This document shows, one piece after another, positions 23,497 to 33,835 of a stretch of 64,000 nt of DNA; position 1 is the first letter of the stretch, and every line of letters begins with the position of its first letter. Below the pieces are notes generated by a model, which was not told the origin of the DNA, searched no databases, and was given only the letters and a program-made list of their open reading frames with translations. Origin of the DNA: Obrimoposthia wandeli (taxonomy: Eukaryota); assembly GCA_977020255.1 (NCBI GenBank), contig CDROCS010000506.1:2790001-2854000 (forward strand), in the 5' to 3' direction. The translations under genes and the position numbers were made by a program.

Positions 23497-23520
23497 TTAC
23501 ATCTAGACGTCTAAACGGTT
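23497..23520. promoter_or_regulatory. Three tandem Met boxes (MetJ operator) upstream of metN
   Basis: TTACATCT (5/8), AGACGTCT (8/8), AAACGGTT (5/8), with 8-bp periodicity. Confidence 0.85.
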
Positions 23521-23637
23521 TTTTATATCATATTAGGTAGCGATGAGTTTTAACCTGCGTAGATAGTGCAAGGTATCGATTGCGAAATTGTGATGACGTG
23601 AAATAATACTGTGATTGTAGTTAATGGATAATTTGAG

Positions 23638-24201
23638 GTGAGTAAAGTGGCAACTCCAGCTATATTTTTAGATCGTGATGGTGTGATTAATAAAGATAAA
23701 GGTTATGTCTCTCAAATTGATGACTTTGAGTTCATTGATGGCAGTATTGAGGCTATGCAGTTATTAAAGCAGCATGGTTACTTGCTTATCGTCATTACTA
23801 ATCAATCGGGCATAGCACGTGGTTATTATAGTGAAGAGGAGTTCATGACATTAACTGAATGGATGGATTGGTCGTTAGCAGACCGTGGTGTTGATCTTGA
23901 TGGCATCTATTTTTGCCCTCATCATCCAGAAAAAGGTATTGGTGAATATAAGCAAGATTGTACATGCCGCAAACCGAATACAGGTATGTTAGATAGCGCG
24001 GCTGAAGAATTGGAAATTGATTTTGCTAATTCATATTTGGTCGGTGATAAGTTGTCAGACATTCAAGCTGGTCAAAAAGCGCAGCTTAAAGGTTGCTACT
24101 TAGTGTCGACTGGCAAAGTATTATGTGAAAAGGGTGCGGAAGCTGCGGATGGGGTATTTAAAGACCTATTATCTGCGGCTAAGTCGATAATAAACGGCTA
24201 A
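23638..24201 (+). CDS. gmhB: D-glycero-beta-D-manno-heptose 1,7-bisphosphate phosphatase
   Basis: [35 protein letters not shown]; metN-gmhB-rrn synteny. Confidence 0.95.
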   Translation: MSKVATPAIFLDRDGVINKDKGYVSQIDDFEFIDGSIEAMQLLKQHGYLLIVITNQSGIARGYYSEEEFMTLTEWMDWSLADRGVDLDGIYFCPHHPEKGIGEYKQDCTCRKPNTGMLDSAAEELEIDFANSYLVGDKLSDIQAGQKAQLKGCYLVSTGKVLCEKGAEAADGVFKDLLSAAKSIING

Positions 24202-24255
24202 ATAGAAACTGTTAGCTCACTAATTGAGCGATTGTGTTTTATTTATTAAAATCAC

Positions 24256-24283
24256 TTGCCAATAAAACGCAGTTCTCTATAAT
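24256..24283 (+). promoter_or_regulatory. rrn promoter (-35/-10)
   Basis: TTGCCA-16 bp-TATAAT, GC-rich discriminator CGCTCCC, AT-rich upstream segment. Confidence 0.8.
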
Positions 24284-24316
24284 CGCTCCCACTGACACGG
24301 CAAGAGTCGTTCAGTA

Positions 24317-24328
24317 TGCTCTTTAACA
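24317..24328 (+). promoter_or_regulatory. rrn antitermination boxA (second copy in the ITS at 26336-26347)
   Basis: TGCTCTTTAACA is the exact boxA; the ITS copy is TGCTCTTTAAAA. Confidence 0.85.
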
Positions 24329-24513
24329 ATTTATTCAAGCAATCTGTGTGAGCACTTGCAGAGATATAATGACCAAATATTATATCAATGTAATTGTGAA
24401 CATTAAATTAAATCGAAAGATTTGGTTTTATAAACAACAAACTTCGGTTTGTTGTTGAAGTACAGAATTCATTGAGCCGACTTGACTGCTTAGGCAGTCA
24501 GTCAAAAAACTTT

Positions 24514-24801
24514 TAATTGAAGAGTTTGATCATGGCTCAGATTGAACGCTGGCGGTAGGCTTAACACATGCAAGTCGAGCGGAAACGAAGAATAGCTTGC
24601 TATTCTGGCGTCGAGCGGCGGACGGGTGAGTAATGCTTGGGAATCTGCCTAGTCGAGGGGGACAACAGTTGGAAACGACTGCTAATACCGCATACGACCT
24701 ACGGGTGAAAGGGGGCCTCTTCTTGAAAGCTCTCGCGACTAGATGAGCCCAAGTGGGATTAGCTTGTTGGTGAGGTAAGAGCTCACCAAGGCGACGATCC
24801 C

Positions 24802-24884
<83 letters not shown>

Positions 24885-25012
24885 CACAATGGGCGAAAGC
24901 CTGATGCAGCCATACCGCGTGTATGAAGAAGGCCTTCGGGTTGTAAAGTACTTTCAGCGAGGAGGAAAGGTGGTAAATTAATACTTTATCACTGTGACGT
25001 TACTCGCAGAAG

Positions 25013-25068
<56 letters not shown>

Positions 25069-25291
25069 ATCGGAATTACTGGGCGTAAAGCGCATGCAGG
25101 CGGTTTGTTAAGCGAGATGTGAAAGCCCCGGGCTCAACCTGGGAACTGCATTTCGAACTGGCAAACTAGAGTTCTTGAGAGGGTGGTAGAATTTCAGGTG
25201 TAGCGGTGAAATGCGTAGAGATCTGAAGGAATACCAGTGGCGAAGGCGGCCACCTGGCAAGTAACTGACGCTCAGATGCGAAAGCGTGGGT

Positions 25292-25325
<34 letters not shown>

Positions 25326-25439
25326 CGTAAACGATGTCTACTCGGAGTTTGGTTCCTTGAGAACTGGGCTCTTAAGCTAACGCATTAAGTAGACCGCCTG
25401 GGGAGTACGGCCGCAAGGTTAAAACTCAAATGAATTGAC

Positions 25440-25501
<62 letters not shown>

Positions 25502-25557
25502 CTCTTGACATCCACAGAATCTGGTAGAGATACCTCAGTGCCTTCGGGAACTGTGAG

Positions 25558-25589
<32 letters not shown>

Positions 25590-25595
25590 TGTGAA

Positions 25596-25631
<36 letters not shown>

Positions 25632-25671
25632 TCCTTATTTGCCAGCACGTAATGGTGGGAACTCTAAGGAG

Positions 25672-25724
<53 letters not shown>

Positions 25725-25882
25725 CTTACGAGTAGGGCTACACACGTGCTACAATGGCGCATACAAAGGGCTGCAAACCAGCGATGGTAAGCGAATCCCA
25801 TAAAGTGCGTCGTAGTCCGGATTGGGGTCTGCAACTCGACCCCATGAAGTCGGAATCGCTAGTAATCGTGAATCAGAATGTC

Positions 25883-25936
<54 letters not shown>

Positions 25937-26057
25937 GGCTGCACCAGAAGTCATTAGCTTAACCTTCGGGAGGGCGATGACCACGGTGTGGTTCATGACT
26001 GGGGTGAAGTCGTAACAAGGTAGCCCTAGGGGAACCTGGGGCTGGATCACCTCCTTA
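24514..26057 (+). rRNA. rrs: 16S rRNA
   Basis: AGAGTTTGATCATGGCTCAG at the 5' end, GTGCCAGCAGCCGCGGTAA, anti-SD GATCACCTCCTTA at the 3' end. Ends approximate. Confidence 0.99.
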
Positions 26058-26198
26058 CGTAAAGTTGTTAATCTTTGTAAGTGCCCACACAAATTGCTTG
26101 AATAGAAAATTAGAAAGCATGTCTTATTAATAGTAAGACTAATCTTGTGAAAGCAAGATAACGATTGGGATGAAATCCAATCGTAGAAAGTAAACTGT

Positions 26199-26274
26199 GT
26201 CCCGTTCGTCTAGAGGCCTAGGACACCGCCCTTTCACGGCGGTAACACGAGTTCAAATCTCGTACGGGATACCA
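26199..26274 (+). tRNA. tRNA-Glu(TTC) in the ITS
   Basis: 76-nt cloverleaf; anticodon arm CCGCC-CTTTCAC-GGCGG; T-loop TTCAAAT; encoded CCA. Confidence 0.97.
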
Positions 26275-26492
26275 CTTTACTCTCTTTATAAAAATCAAAG
26301 CTAAGCATTGTTGTTTATCTTTGCTTTTTAGCAAATGCTCTTTAAAAATTTGGAAAGCTGAATAAATAAAGAAGTTCTTAAAACACGTTGTTACTTCGGT
26401 AATAACAATGAAGTGTTCTTGAGTATTCTTGAGGCGAAAAAAACTAGATAATACCTAGTTATTTCAATTGTACGGTCTACTTTAGATTGTAT

Positions 26493-28371
26493 GGTTAAGT
26501 GACTAAGCGTATACGGTGGATGCCTAGGCAGTCAGAGGCGATGAAGGACGTGTTAATCTGCGTTAAGCTGTGGGGAGTTGATAAAAAGCGTTAATCCACA
26601 GATTTCCGAATGGGGGAACCCACCTTACTAAGTAAGGTATCGTTAAGTGAATACATAGCTTAACGAAGCGAACCGGGAGAACTGAAACATCTAAGTACCC
26701 CGAGGAAAAGAAATCAATAGAGATACCCTTAGTAGCGGCGAGCGAACGGGGTCTAGCCCTTAAGCAGTTTGGAAGTTAATGGAAGAATCTGGAAAGTTTC
26801 ACGATACAGGGTGATAGTCCCGTACATGAAAACGACCTTACTGTGAAATCGAGTAGGACGGCACACGTGATATGCTGTTTGAATATGGGAGGACCATCTT
26901 CCAAGGCTAAATACTACTGACTGACCGATAGTGAACCAGTACCGTGAGGGAAAGGCGAAAAGAACCCCTGTGAGGGGAGTGAAATAGAACCTGAAACCGT
27001 ATACGTACAAGCAGTGGGAGCAGACTTGTTCTGTGACTGCGTACCTTTTGTATAATGGGTCAACGACTTAATTTCAGTAGCAAGGTTAAGCGAATAGCGG
27101 AGCCGTAGGGAAACCGAGTGTTAACTGCGCGAATAGTTGCTGGGATTAGACCCGAAACCCGGTGATCTAGCCATGGGCAGGTTGAAGGTTGAGTAACATC
27201 AACTGGAGGACCGAACCGACTAATGTTGAAAAATTAGCGGATGACTTGTGGCTGGGGGTGAAAGGCCAATCAAACCGGGAGATAGCTGGTTCTCCTCGAA
27301 AGCTATTTAGGTAGCGCCTCGCGTCTAACTATTGGGGGTAGAGCACTGTTAAGGCTAGGGGTCATCCCGACTTACCAACCCTTTGCAAACTCCGAATACC
27401 AATAAGTTCAATCGCGGGAGACACACGGCGGGTGCTAACGTCCGTCGTGGAAAGGGAAACAACCCAGACCGTCAGCTAAGGTCCCAAAGTGTATGTTAAG
27501 TGGGAAACGATGTGGAAAGGCTCAGACAGCCAGGAAGTTGGCTTAGAAGCAGCCATCTTTTAAAGAAAGCGTAATAGCTCACTGGTCGAGTCGGTCTGCG
27601 CGGAAGATTTAACGGGGCTAAACATACCACCGAAGCTACGGATGCAAGACTTGTTCTTGCATGGTAGAGGAGCGTTCTGTAAGCCGTTGAAGGTGAGTTG
27701 AGAAGCTTGCTGGAGGTATCAGAAGTGCGAATGTTGACATGAGTAACGATAATGGGGGTGAAAACCTCCACGCCGAAAGACCAAGGGTTCCTGTCCAACG
27801 TTAATCGGGGCAGGGTGAGTCGACTCCTAAGGCGAGGCCGAAAGGCGTAGTCGATGGGAAACTGGTTAATATTCCAGTACTCGCTTATATTGCGATGGGG
27901 TGACGGAGAAGGTTAGGCTAGCATGGCGATGGTTGTCCATGTTTAAGGTAGTAGGCAAGTGACTTAGGCAAATCCGGGTCGCTCTCTTTAGTGAGAATGC
28001 TGAGAACTGATGACGAGTCTCTACGGAGATGAAGTAGTTGATACCCGGCTTCCAGGAAAAACCTCTAAGCTTCAGATATGAGAGAATCGTACCCCAAACC
28101 GACACAGGTGGTTAGGTAGAGAATACTAAGGCGCTTGAGAGAACTCGGGTGAAGGAACTAGGCAAAATGGTACCGTAACTTCGGGAGAAGGTACGCCAAT
28201 GATGGTGAAGGACTTGCTCCGTAAGCTATTGTTGGTCGCAGAGAAATGGTGGCTGCAACTGTTTATTAAAAACACAGCACTGTGCAAAATCGAAAGATGA
28301 CGTATACGGTGTGACGCCTGCCCGGTGCCGGAAGGTTAATTGATTGGGTTAGACTTAGGTCGAAGCTCATG

Positions 28372-28469
<98 letters not shown>

Positions 28470-28727
28470 GGCCACGCTGTCTCCACCCGAGACTCAGTGA
28501 AATTGAAATCGCTGTTAAGATGCAGTGTACCCGCGGCTAGACGGAAAGACCCCGTGAACCTTTACTATAGCTTGGCACTGAACATTGAACCTACATGTGT
28601 AGGATAGGTGGGAGACTGTGAAACATTGTCGCTAGATGATGTGGAGTCTACCTTGAAATACCACCCTTGTACGTTTGATGTTCTAACGTAGGTCCCTTAT
28701 CGGGATTGCGGACAGTGTCTGGTGGGT

Positions 28728-28770
<43 letters not shown>

Positions 28771-28891
28771 ACGAAGGTTGGCTAAACATGGTTGGACATC
28801 ATGTGGTTAGTGCAAAGGCATAAGCCAGCTTAACTGCGAGACAGACACGTCGAGCAGGTACGAAAGTAGGTCTTAGTGATCCGGTGGTTCT

Positions 28892-28947
<56 letters not shown>

Positions 28948-28976
28948 ACCGCCCAAGAGTTCATATCGACGGCGGT

Positions 28977-29019
<43 letters not shown>

Positions 29020-29021
29020 TT

Positions 29022-29054
<33 letters not shown>

Positions 29055-29223
29055 TGGTACGCGAGCTGGGTTTAGAACGTCGTGAGACAGTTCGGTCCCT
29101 ATCTGCCGTGGGCGTTTGAGAATTGAGAGGAGCTGCTCCTAGTACGAGAGGACCGGAGTGGACGAACCACTGGTGTTCGGGTTGTTATGCCAATAGCATT
29201 GCCCGGTAGCTAAGTTCGGAACT

Positions 29224-29254
<31 letters not shown>

Positions 29255-29391
29255 AGGCCTCGAGATGAGTTCTCACTGGAGCTTTAAGCTCCCTAAAGGG
29301 CCGTTGGAGACTACAACGTTGATAGGCAAGGTGTGTAAGTGCTGTGAGGCATTGAGCTAACTTGTACTAATTACCCGTGAGGCTTAACCAT
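26493..29391 (+). rRNA. rrl: 23S rRNA
   Basis: GGTTAAGTGACTAAGCG start, sarcin-ricin loop AGTACGAGAGGACC, end GGCTTAACCAT; about 2.9 kb, no IVS seen. Confidence 0.99.
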
Positions 29392-29523
29392 ACAAATTAA
29401 AGTATGATTAATTGAAATATCGACTTAAGAATAGATTGAACACTTTACGTTTTAAAGACTTCTTTATTTATAGCTTTTCAGATTAAAACGAAGTGAAAAC
29501 TTCTATAGAAAGCAAACCAGATT

Positions 29524-29641
29524 TGCTTGGTGACCATAGTGTTGCGGTACCACCTGATTCCATTCCGAACTCAGTAGTGAAACGTAATAACGCCGATGGT
29601 AGTGTGGGGCTTCCCCATGTGAGAGTAGGGCATCGCCAAGC
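29524..29641 (+). rRNA. rrf: 5S rRNA
   Basis: TGCTTGGTGACCATAG...CCGAACTCAG..GTGAAACG...GAGAGTAGG...CCAAGC. Confidence 0.97.
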
Positions 29642-29729
29642 GCCACTTTTAATTCAAGACGAAGTCTTGGGTAAGAAATTGTCGAAAGACAGAAAGAATA
29701 GACTGATATTATATCAGCACAGATTGTGC

Positions 29730-29806
29730 GGAGTGGTAGTTCAGTTGGTTAGAATACCGGCCTGTCACGCCGGGGGTCGCGAGTTCGAGTCTCGTCCACT
29801 CCGCCA
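29730..29806 (+). tRNA. tRNA-Asp(GTC), distal to the rrn operon
   Basis: 77 nt; acceptor stem GGAGTGG/CCACTCC; anticodon arm CCGGC-CTGTCAC-GCCGG; encoded CCA. Confidence 0.98.
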
Positions 29807-29816
29807 ACTAATAAAG

Positions 29817-29845
29817 AAACCTGAATCATTGATTCAGGTTTTTTT
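29817..29845 (+). terminator. Rho-independent terminator after tRNA-Asp
   Basis: AAACCTGAATC-ATT-GATTCAGGTTT within a run of 7 T. Confidence 0.85.
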
Positions 29846-29882
29846 ATGCCTAAAATTTAGGAATAAGAAACACAGACAGTGC

Positions 29883-29988
29883 AGAGCGGTAGTTCAGTTG
29901 GCCAGACTTTTTATAGAAAGAGATGCGGCCTGTCACACCGAGGGTCGCGAGTTGTAGTTGTAAGAAGTCGTCCACTTTCCCTTTGCCA
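29883..29988 (+). pseudogene. Degenerate tRNA-Asp copy with internal insertions
   Basis: Aligns to 29730-29806 (GGTAGTTCAGTTGG, GGCCTGTCAC, GGGTCGCGAGTT, TCGTCCACT, GCCAACTA) but has insertions after the D-arm, in the T-loop and in the 3' acceptor strand. Confidence 0.85.
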
Positions 29989-30080
29989 ACTATTAGATTA
30001 AGCCTAAATCGAAAACTATTTATTAGAGAAGAGGCTTTTTTTATGCCTGAAATTCAGGGATACAAAAATACAGATTGTGT

Positions 30081-30095
30081 GGAGTGGTAGTTCAG
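30081..30095 (+). pseudogene. Third tRNA-Asp remnant (5' 15 nt)
   Basis: GGAGTGGTAGTTCAG is identical to the tRNA 5' end and is preceded by the same ACAGATTGTG leader. Confidence 0.75.
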
Positions 30096-30138
30096 ATTAA
30101 GTGGGTTGGTAAGCTGCCATCCTTGGCTTTATTAACGA

Positions 30139-31572
30139 CTAGATCTTAGCGAGTGATGTTGGATAGTTTCTGTCTTGCGCAATATTGCATGCGAGTGTAT
30201 CTATTTCACTTTCAGATAGAGTTAAAAAGCTAGCGTTAGGGTTATGGGTATCACTTAGCTGTGCATGCGAATAGTTAAACAGCTTATGAATGATTTGATC
30301 TGCTACTGTGAGTGCTGACGAGGCTTTAACTATTTCAGCTCTCGCATATTGTTGGCCTTCAAATGACACGTCATATGCGCGTAGAGAGACATCTTTACCG
30401 GGTATTTGCTGTGCACCAAACAAAGGTCTGCCTGCAATCGTTGCATCATTAAAACTAGGGATGAAGTGACTGATGTGATTAATGGCTTTTTGAGTCCGGC
30501 TATCAGATTCTTGCTCATCCCAACCTTGAACTAGCTTGTTAATAAAGCTTTTATCCAATTTAGGTTGGGCACTGTCATCAGTCGTTTTAGCGAGTCCATT
30601 TTTAAATAACGTAATTTCTTCTGTCATGCCGTGTAACTGGAAGTAACCATCAGGATATGGCGTTAATTGTGCCATGCCTTCAGGCGTTCCTCGTTGACCG
30701 TGAAAGACAACTTCTGGCCAACGTTCATTACATTGCCAATGGGTAATATAAGCAGCCTTAAACTCAACCATACGTTCTTTTGGCGTATCTGCCATATCAT
30801 CAATCACACCCGTTCTGTAACCACAGGCATTAATTAAATAGTCGACTTCGGTTGTTGCGTGGAGACCATTTTCAGAATGTGTAATCAACCAGGTTTTATC
30901 GTCAGTGTAGCTCACGTTAGTCACTTTCGTGTTAACCAGTAAGTTACAAGATGATGAGGCTTTTAGGTTAAGTTCAGTACTTGCTGCTATACGGAATAAA
31001 CTTAAACCGTATTCTTGAACCATGAGTAATGGAAATTTAACAGAATCAAAATTCAGCGTTTTAGCCAGTGGGATCATCCAATCTGAGAATTGCGTTATCT
31101 CTGCAGGTTGCGATGTATTTTTTAATAACTCGAGATCATCACGGTTAAACATCTGATAATAATCATCAGCATCACCGAGTACTTTATTGCTCTCATCTAT
31201 TTGAATTAACGCTTTGTAGCGTTGGGTGAGTAACTCAAGTCTTGGCAGTAAGGTTTCTATATTACCGGCATCTCGTTGGGGAATAGCAATAACAGTAGGA
31301 CGCTTATTGATGCAATGCGGATAAATTTTCATTGTTGCGATAGATTGTTCTAATAACGTCAAGCATTGGTCATCAGATATATCCGGGTAAAGGTTACCGC
31401 CTGCATGCAAATGGCACACTGGAGGCCCATTGACTAAGCTAACACCTTCTTCAAATAAAGTGACATTAATGTCTAACCCTGCCAAACGCAGCGCGATAGT
31501 GCTACCTGCGATACCACCGCCGATAACTGCAATGCGTTTTGATTTTAGAGTTGAAGGTATGTTCTTGATCAT
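30139..31572 (-). CDS. FAD-dependent oxidoreductase, substrate unknown
   Basis: Rossmann motif IAVIGGGIAG; CHLHAGGNLY; INACG. Confidence 0.8.
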   Translation of the reverse strand: MIKNIPSTLKSKRIAVIGGGIAGSTIALRLAGLDINVTLFEEGVSLVNGPPVCHLHAGGNLYPDISDDQCLTLLEQSIATMKIYPHCINKRPTVIAIPQRDAGNIETLLPRLELLTQRYKALIQIDESNKVLGDADDYYQMFNRDDLELLKNTSQPAEITQFSDWMIPLAKTLNFDSVKFPLLMVQEYGLSLFRIAASTELNLKASSSCNLLVNTKVTNVSYTDDKTWLITHSENGLHATTEVDYLINACGYRTGVIDDMADTPKERMVEFKAAYITHWQCNERWPEVVFHGQRGTPEGMAQLTPYPDGYFQLHGMTEEITLFKNGLAKTTDDSAQPKLDKSFINKLVQGWDEQESDSRTQKAINHISHFIPSFNDATIAGRPLFGAQQIPGKDVSLRAYDVSFEGQQYARAEIVKASSALTVADQIIHKLFNYSHAQLSDTHNPNASFLTLSESEIDTLACNIAQDRNYPTSLAKI

Positions 31573-31700
31573 GCTCTTCGCAACGTATAAATAATTAGAT
31601 AATTTATTATGCCAATTATTTATACGGGAATGAAACTTATTTTTAGTTAAAGTGTATTTATCCTAACTAAATAGACAATCTTTCAGGATTAGCGCGAACT

Positions 31701-32330
31701 TTATCCGGTTGCTAACCAGATCCCAACAAATACCATCAACGAACCTGCGATTTTATTGAGTAAACGTACATTATTACTTTTTTGTAAAAATAAACGTAAT
31801 GTTTGGCCACCGCTGGCATACATCAATAAACAACTAAACTCGGTAATCAGGATGATGGCTACAAGCACGGATAACTGGGGTGTTAATGCTTGTGCTGGAT
31901 TGATAAAGGGCGGCAATAACGAAATCATAAATACCCAACCTTTTGGATTCGCAATTGCTGTTACGAAACCTTGACTCGCTAATTGCAGTGGCTTCATTGA
32001 ACTTTCAGAACCAGGATTATCAGAAATCGCTAGTTTACCTTTAGAACGCCACATTTGGATACCAAGATAGATCAGGTAACTACCACCAAGGTATTTAAGT
32101 GCTGAAAAGGCACTAGGGTATTTCAACATAATAGTTGCTACACCTATCACCGCAGAAACGGCTACTAAGCCGACACCTAATAATTCGCCCCACATCATGT
32201 GGAGACTGCGTTTTACGCCTATAGTCATGCCTAAGGTCATCGATAACGTCATACACATACCTGGTGTAATCGAAACGAAGAAAAAGGTGGGAATAAAGAG
32301 CGCTAAAAGTTGTAAATCTATAGCAGACAT
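31701..32330 (-). CDS. LysE/RhtB family amino acid exporter
   Basis: SITPGMCM, LKYLGGSYLIYLG, NPKG. Confidence 0.88.
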   Translation of the reverse strand: MSAIDLQLLALFIPTFFFVSITPGMCMTLSMTLGMTIGVKRSLHMMWGELLGVGLVAVSAVIGVATIMLKYPSAFSALKYLGGSYLIYLGIQMWRSKGKLAISDNPGSESSMKPLQLASQGFVTAIANPKGWVFMISLLPPFINPAQALTPQLSVLVAIILITEFSCLLMYASGGQTLRLFLQKSNNVRLLNKIAGSLMVFVGIWLATG

Positions 32331-32553
32331 CGTGTGAACTTAGTTATTGGGATATGACTTGATAATATCACCATTCAATACGCATTCTATATTCTATTGT
32401 TGAATGAATATAAATTAGCCGTTTTTAACTTAGCTAAGTTGACGAAACTATTCATTTTAAAATTTAACCAAGTATAGGTTTAAAAATTTATCCTTAAGCC
32501 TATACTTATAGGTCTGCAATTGTATTTAGTATTTAGACTGGAATGACGCTTTA

Positions 32554-33744
32554 ATGATAAAATTTATTACTTCTCCGCAAGAAATGCGACTCTCTGATGT
32601 TGAAACAGCACAGTATGATCAAATCGTAGATTATGTTACTGAAATCAGCTTGAATTTAATGGCTGTTAAAGTTACGAACCGCCCTGAAGATTATCTTGGT
32701 TGGTGTAATGAATTATATAATTATGTACGTTACGGTATAAATATGGACTTGCTTGATGAAAAGCATGAAAAGCCGTTACAAAAATTATTACAGTTATTAG
32801 AGAAATCGATCTCTTGCCGTCAAGTTAAGACTTCTCGAATTACACCTTGGCCATTTCTAAAAAACTTTTTTATTGATCAAACAGATCGCCAAGCATTACC
32901 TGAACGCCTACGGTTATTAAACTATATCGCTTCATTGCGCATTAGCACGTTAGCGGATATGTCTGAACTTGAGCGTCTTGCGTTTGCTGGTAAACACTTA
33001 TCTGCACACGAACCTGCAAAGTTTGATTTTGATGTTGAGCTATTTGGTAGCACGCGTGGCGCGAAAGCGTTACATGAGTTGTTACAACATACACCTTCTT
33101 TATTGGATGACGCATTAGCTGCTATTCCTTTAGAAGGCGAAGTAACTGAAGCTGATTATAACGAATTCGTAAAACTATATACTGCAGCGTTTGCTACATT
33201 AGCTAAAGCGAAAGCGGGTTTGTTTGCTGCTACTCGTTTGTTAGCGATGCGTCGACCAGATGTATTTATGGTGCTTACGGCTGCTAAAGTCGATGCACTG
33301 TGCCAAGGTTTCGGTTTAGTTAAATTAAATGCGACAGATTTCTCTCGTTACTGGTTTGACATAATAGAAGCGATTCATCGTCAACCTTGGTTTAAGTCAG
33401 CACAGCCTGAAGATGCAACTGAACTGAATCTATGGCATAACCGTGTTGTGTTATTTGATTTGTTCTTCTTTGTAGATAAAGATTTTGCAGATAAATCAAA
33501 TTACCTTAAACTGAAAAACAAGCCTGTTGCGGTTCGTTCTACAACGGCTGGTCGTACTCGTGTTGCTGGTGTTGTACGCCAAAAACGCACGAAAGAAAGC
33601 GCGACTGAAGCGGTAGACCGTTTATTGGCTGAACCTGACTTACCTGCTTATTTACAAAGTAAGCGTGACTCAATGATTGTTGAAGTTGAAAAAGGTAAAA
33701 GTGCAACAGAAGTAATGCAGTTACTGAGAGCTATTTTCGGTTAG
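32554..33744 (+). CDS. Hypothetical protein (396 aa)
   Basis: Long ORF with host-like codons, followed by a terminator; contains ATRLLAMRRPDVF. Confidence 0.8.
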   Translation: MIKFITSPQEMRLSDVETAQYDQIVDYVTEISLNLMAVKVTNRPEDYLGWCNELYNYVRYGINMDLLDEKHEKPLQKLLQLLEKSISCRQVKTSRITPWPFLKNFFIDQTDRQALPERLRLLNYIASLRISTLADMSELERLAFAGKHLSAHEPAKFDFDVELFGSTRGAKALHELLQHTPSLLDDALAAIPLEGEVTEADYNEFVKLYTAAFATLAKAKAGLFAATRLLAMRRPDVFMVLTAAKVDALCQGFGLVKLNATDFSRYWFDIIEAIHRQPWFKSAQPEDATELNLWHNRVVLFDLFFFVDKDFADKSNYLKLKNKPVAVRSTTAGRTRVAGVVRQKRTKESATEAVDRLLAEPDLPAYLQSKRDSMIVEVEKGKSATEVMQLLRAIFG

Positions 33745-33787
33745 ATTATTTAGCTAGATTAGTACGTTAAGATTAAATTTAAGATAT

Positions 33788-33816
33788 AAAAAAAGGCTTC
33801 ATAATGAAGCCTTTTT
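33788..33816. terminator. Bidirectional terminator between convergent genes
   Basis: A-run-GGCTTCAT-A-ATGAAGCC-T-run. Confidence 0.85.
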
Positions 33817-33835
33817 AGTATCTAGCGTTTATTGA

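Noticed and set aside
24416-24505. Small hairpins in the rrn leader (for example AACAACAAAC-TTCG-GTTTGTTGTT) and similar ones in the ITS
   Set aside because: Ordinary variable helices of rRNA precursor spacers.
25440-25443. 16S reads GACGGGGCCCG (4 G) where the conserved form is GACGGGGGCCCG (5 G)
   Set aside because: A single-base homopolymer difference is most likely a sequencing or assembly error; check reads or other rrn copies.
27977-27999. Slightly expanded 23S segment relative to E. coli
   Set aside because: About 12 nt in a variable region; total 23S length is normal, so not an intervening sequence.
24530-29957. ORFs called inside the rRNA/tRNA genes, including 29493-29957
   Set aside because: They lie within 16S, 23S, 5S and tRNA sequences; not protein-coding.
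29730-31600. Possible integrative element at tRNA-Asp
   Set aside because: No integrase, no phage or conjugation genes, and no distant att-like duplicate of the tRNA 3' end seen in the window.
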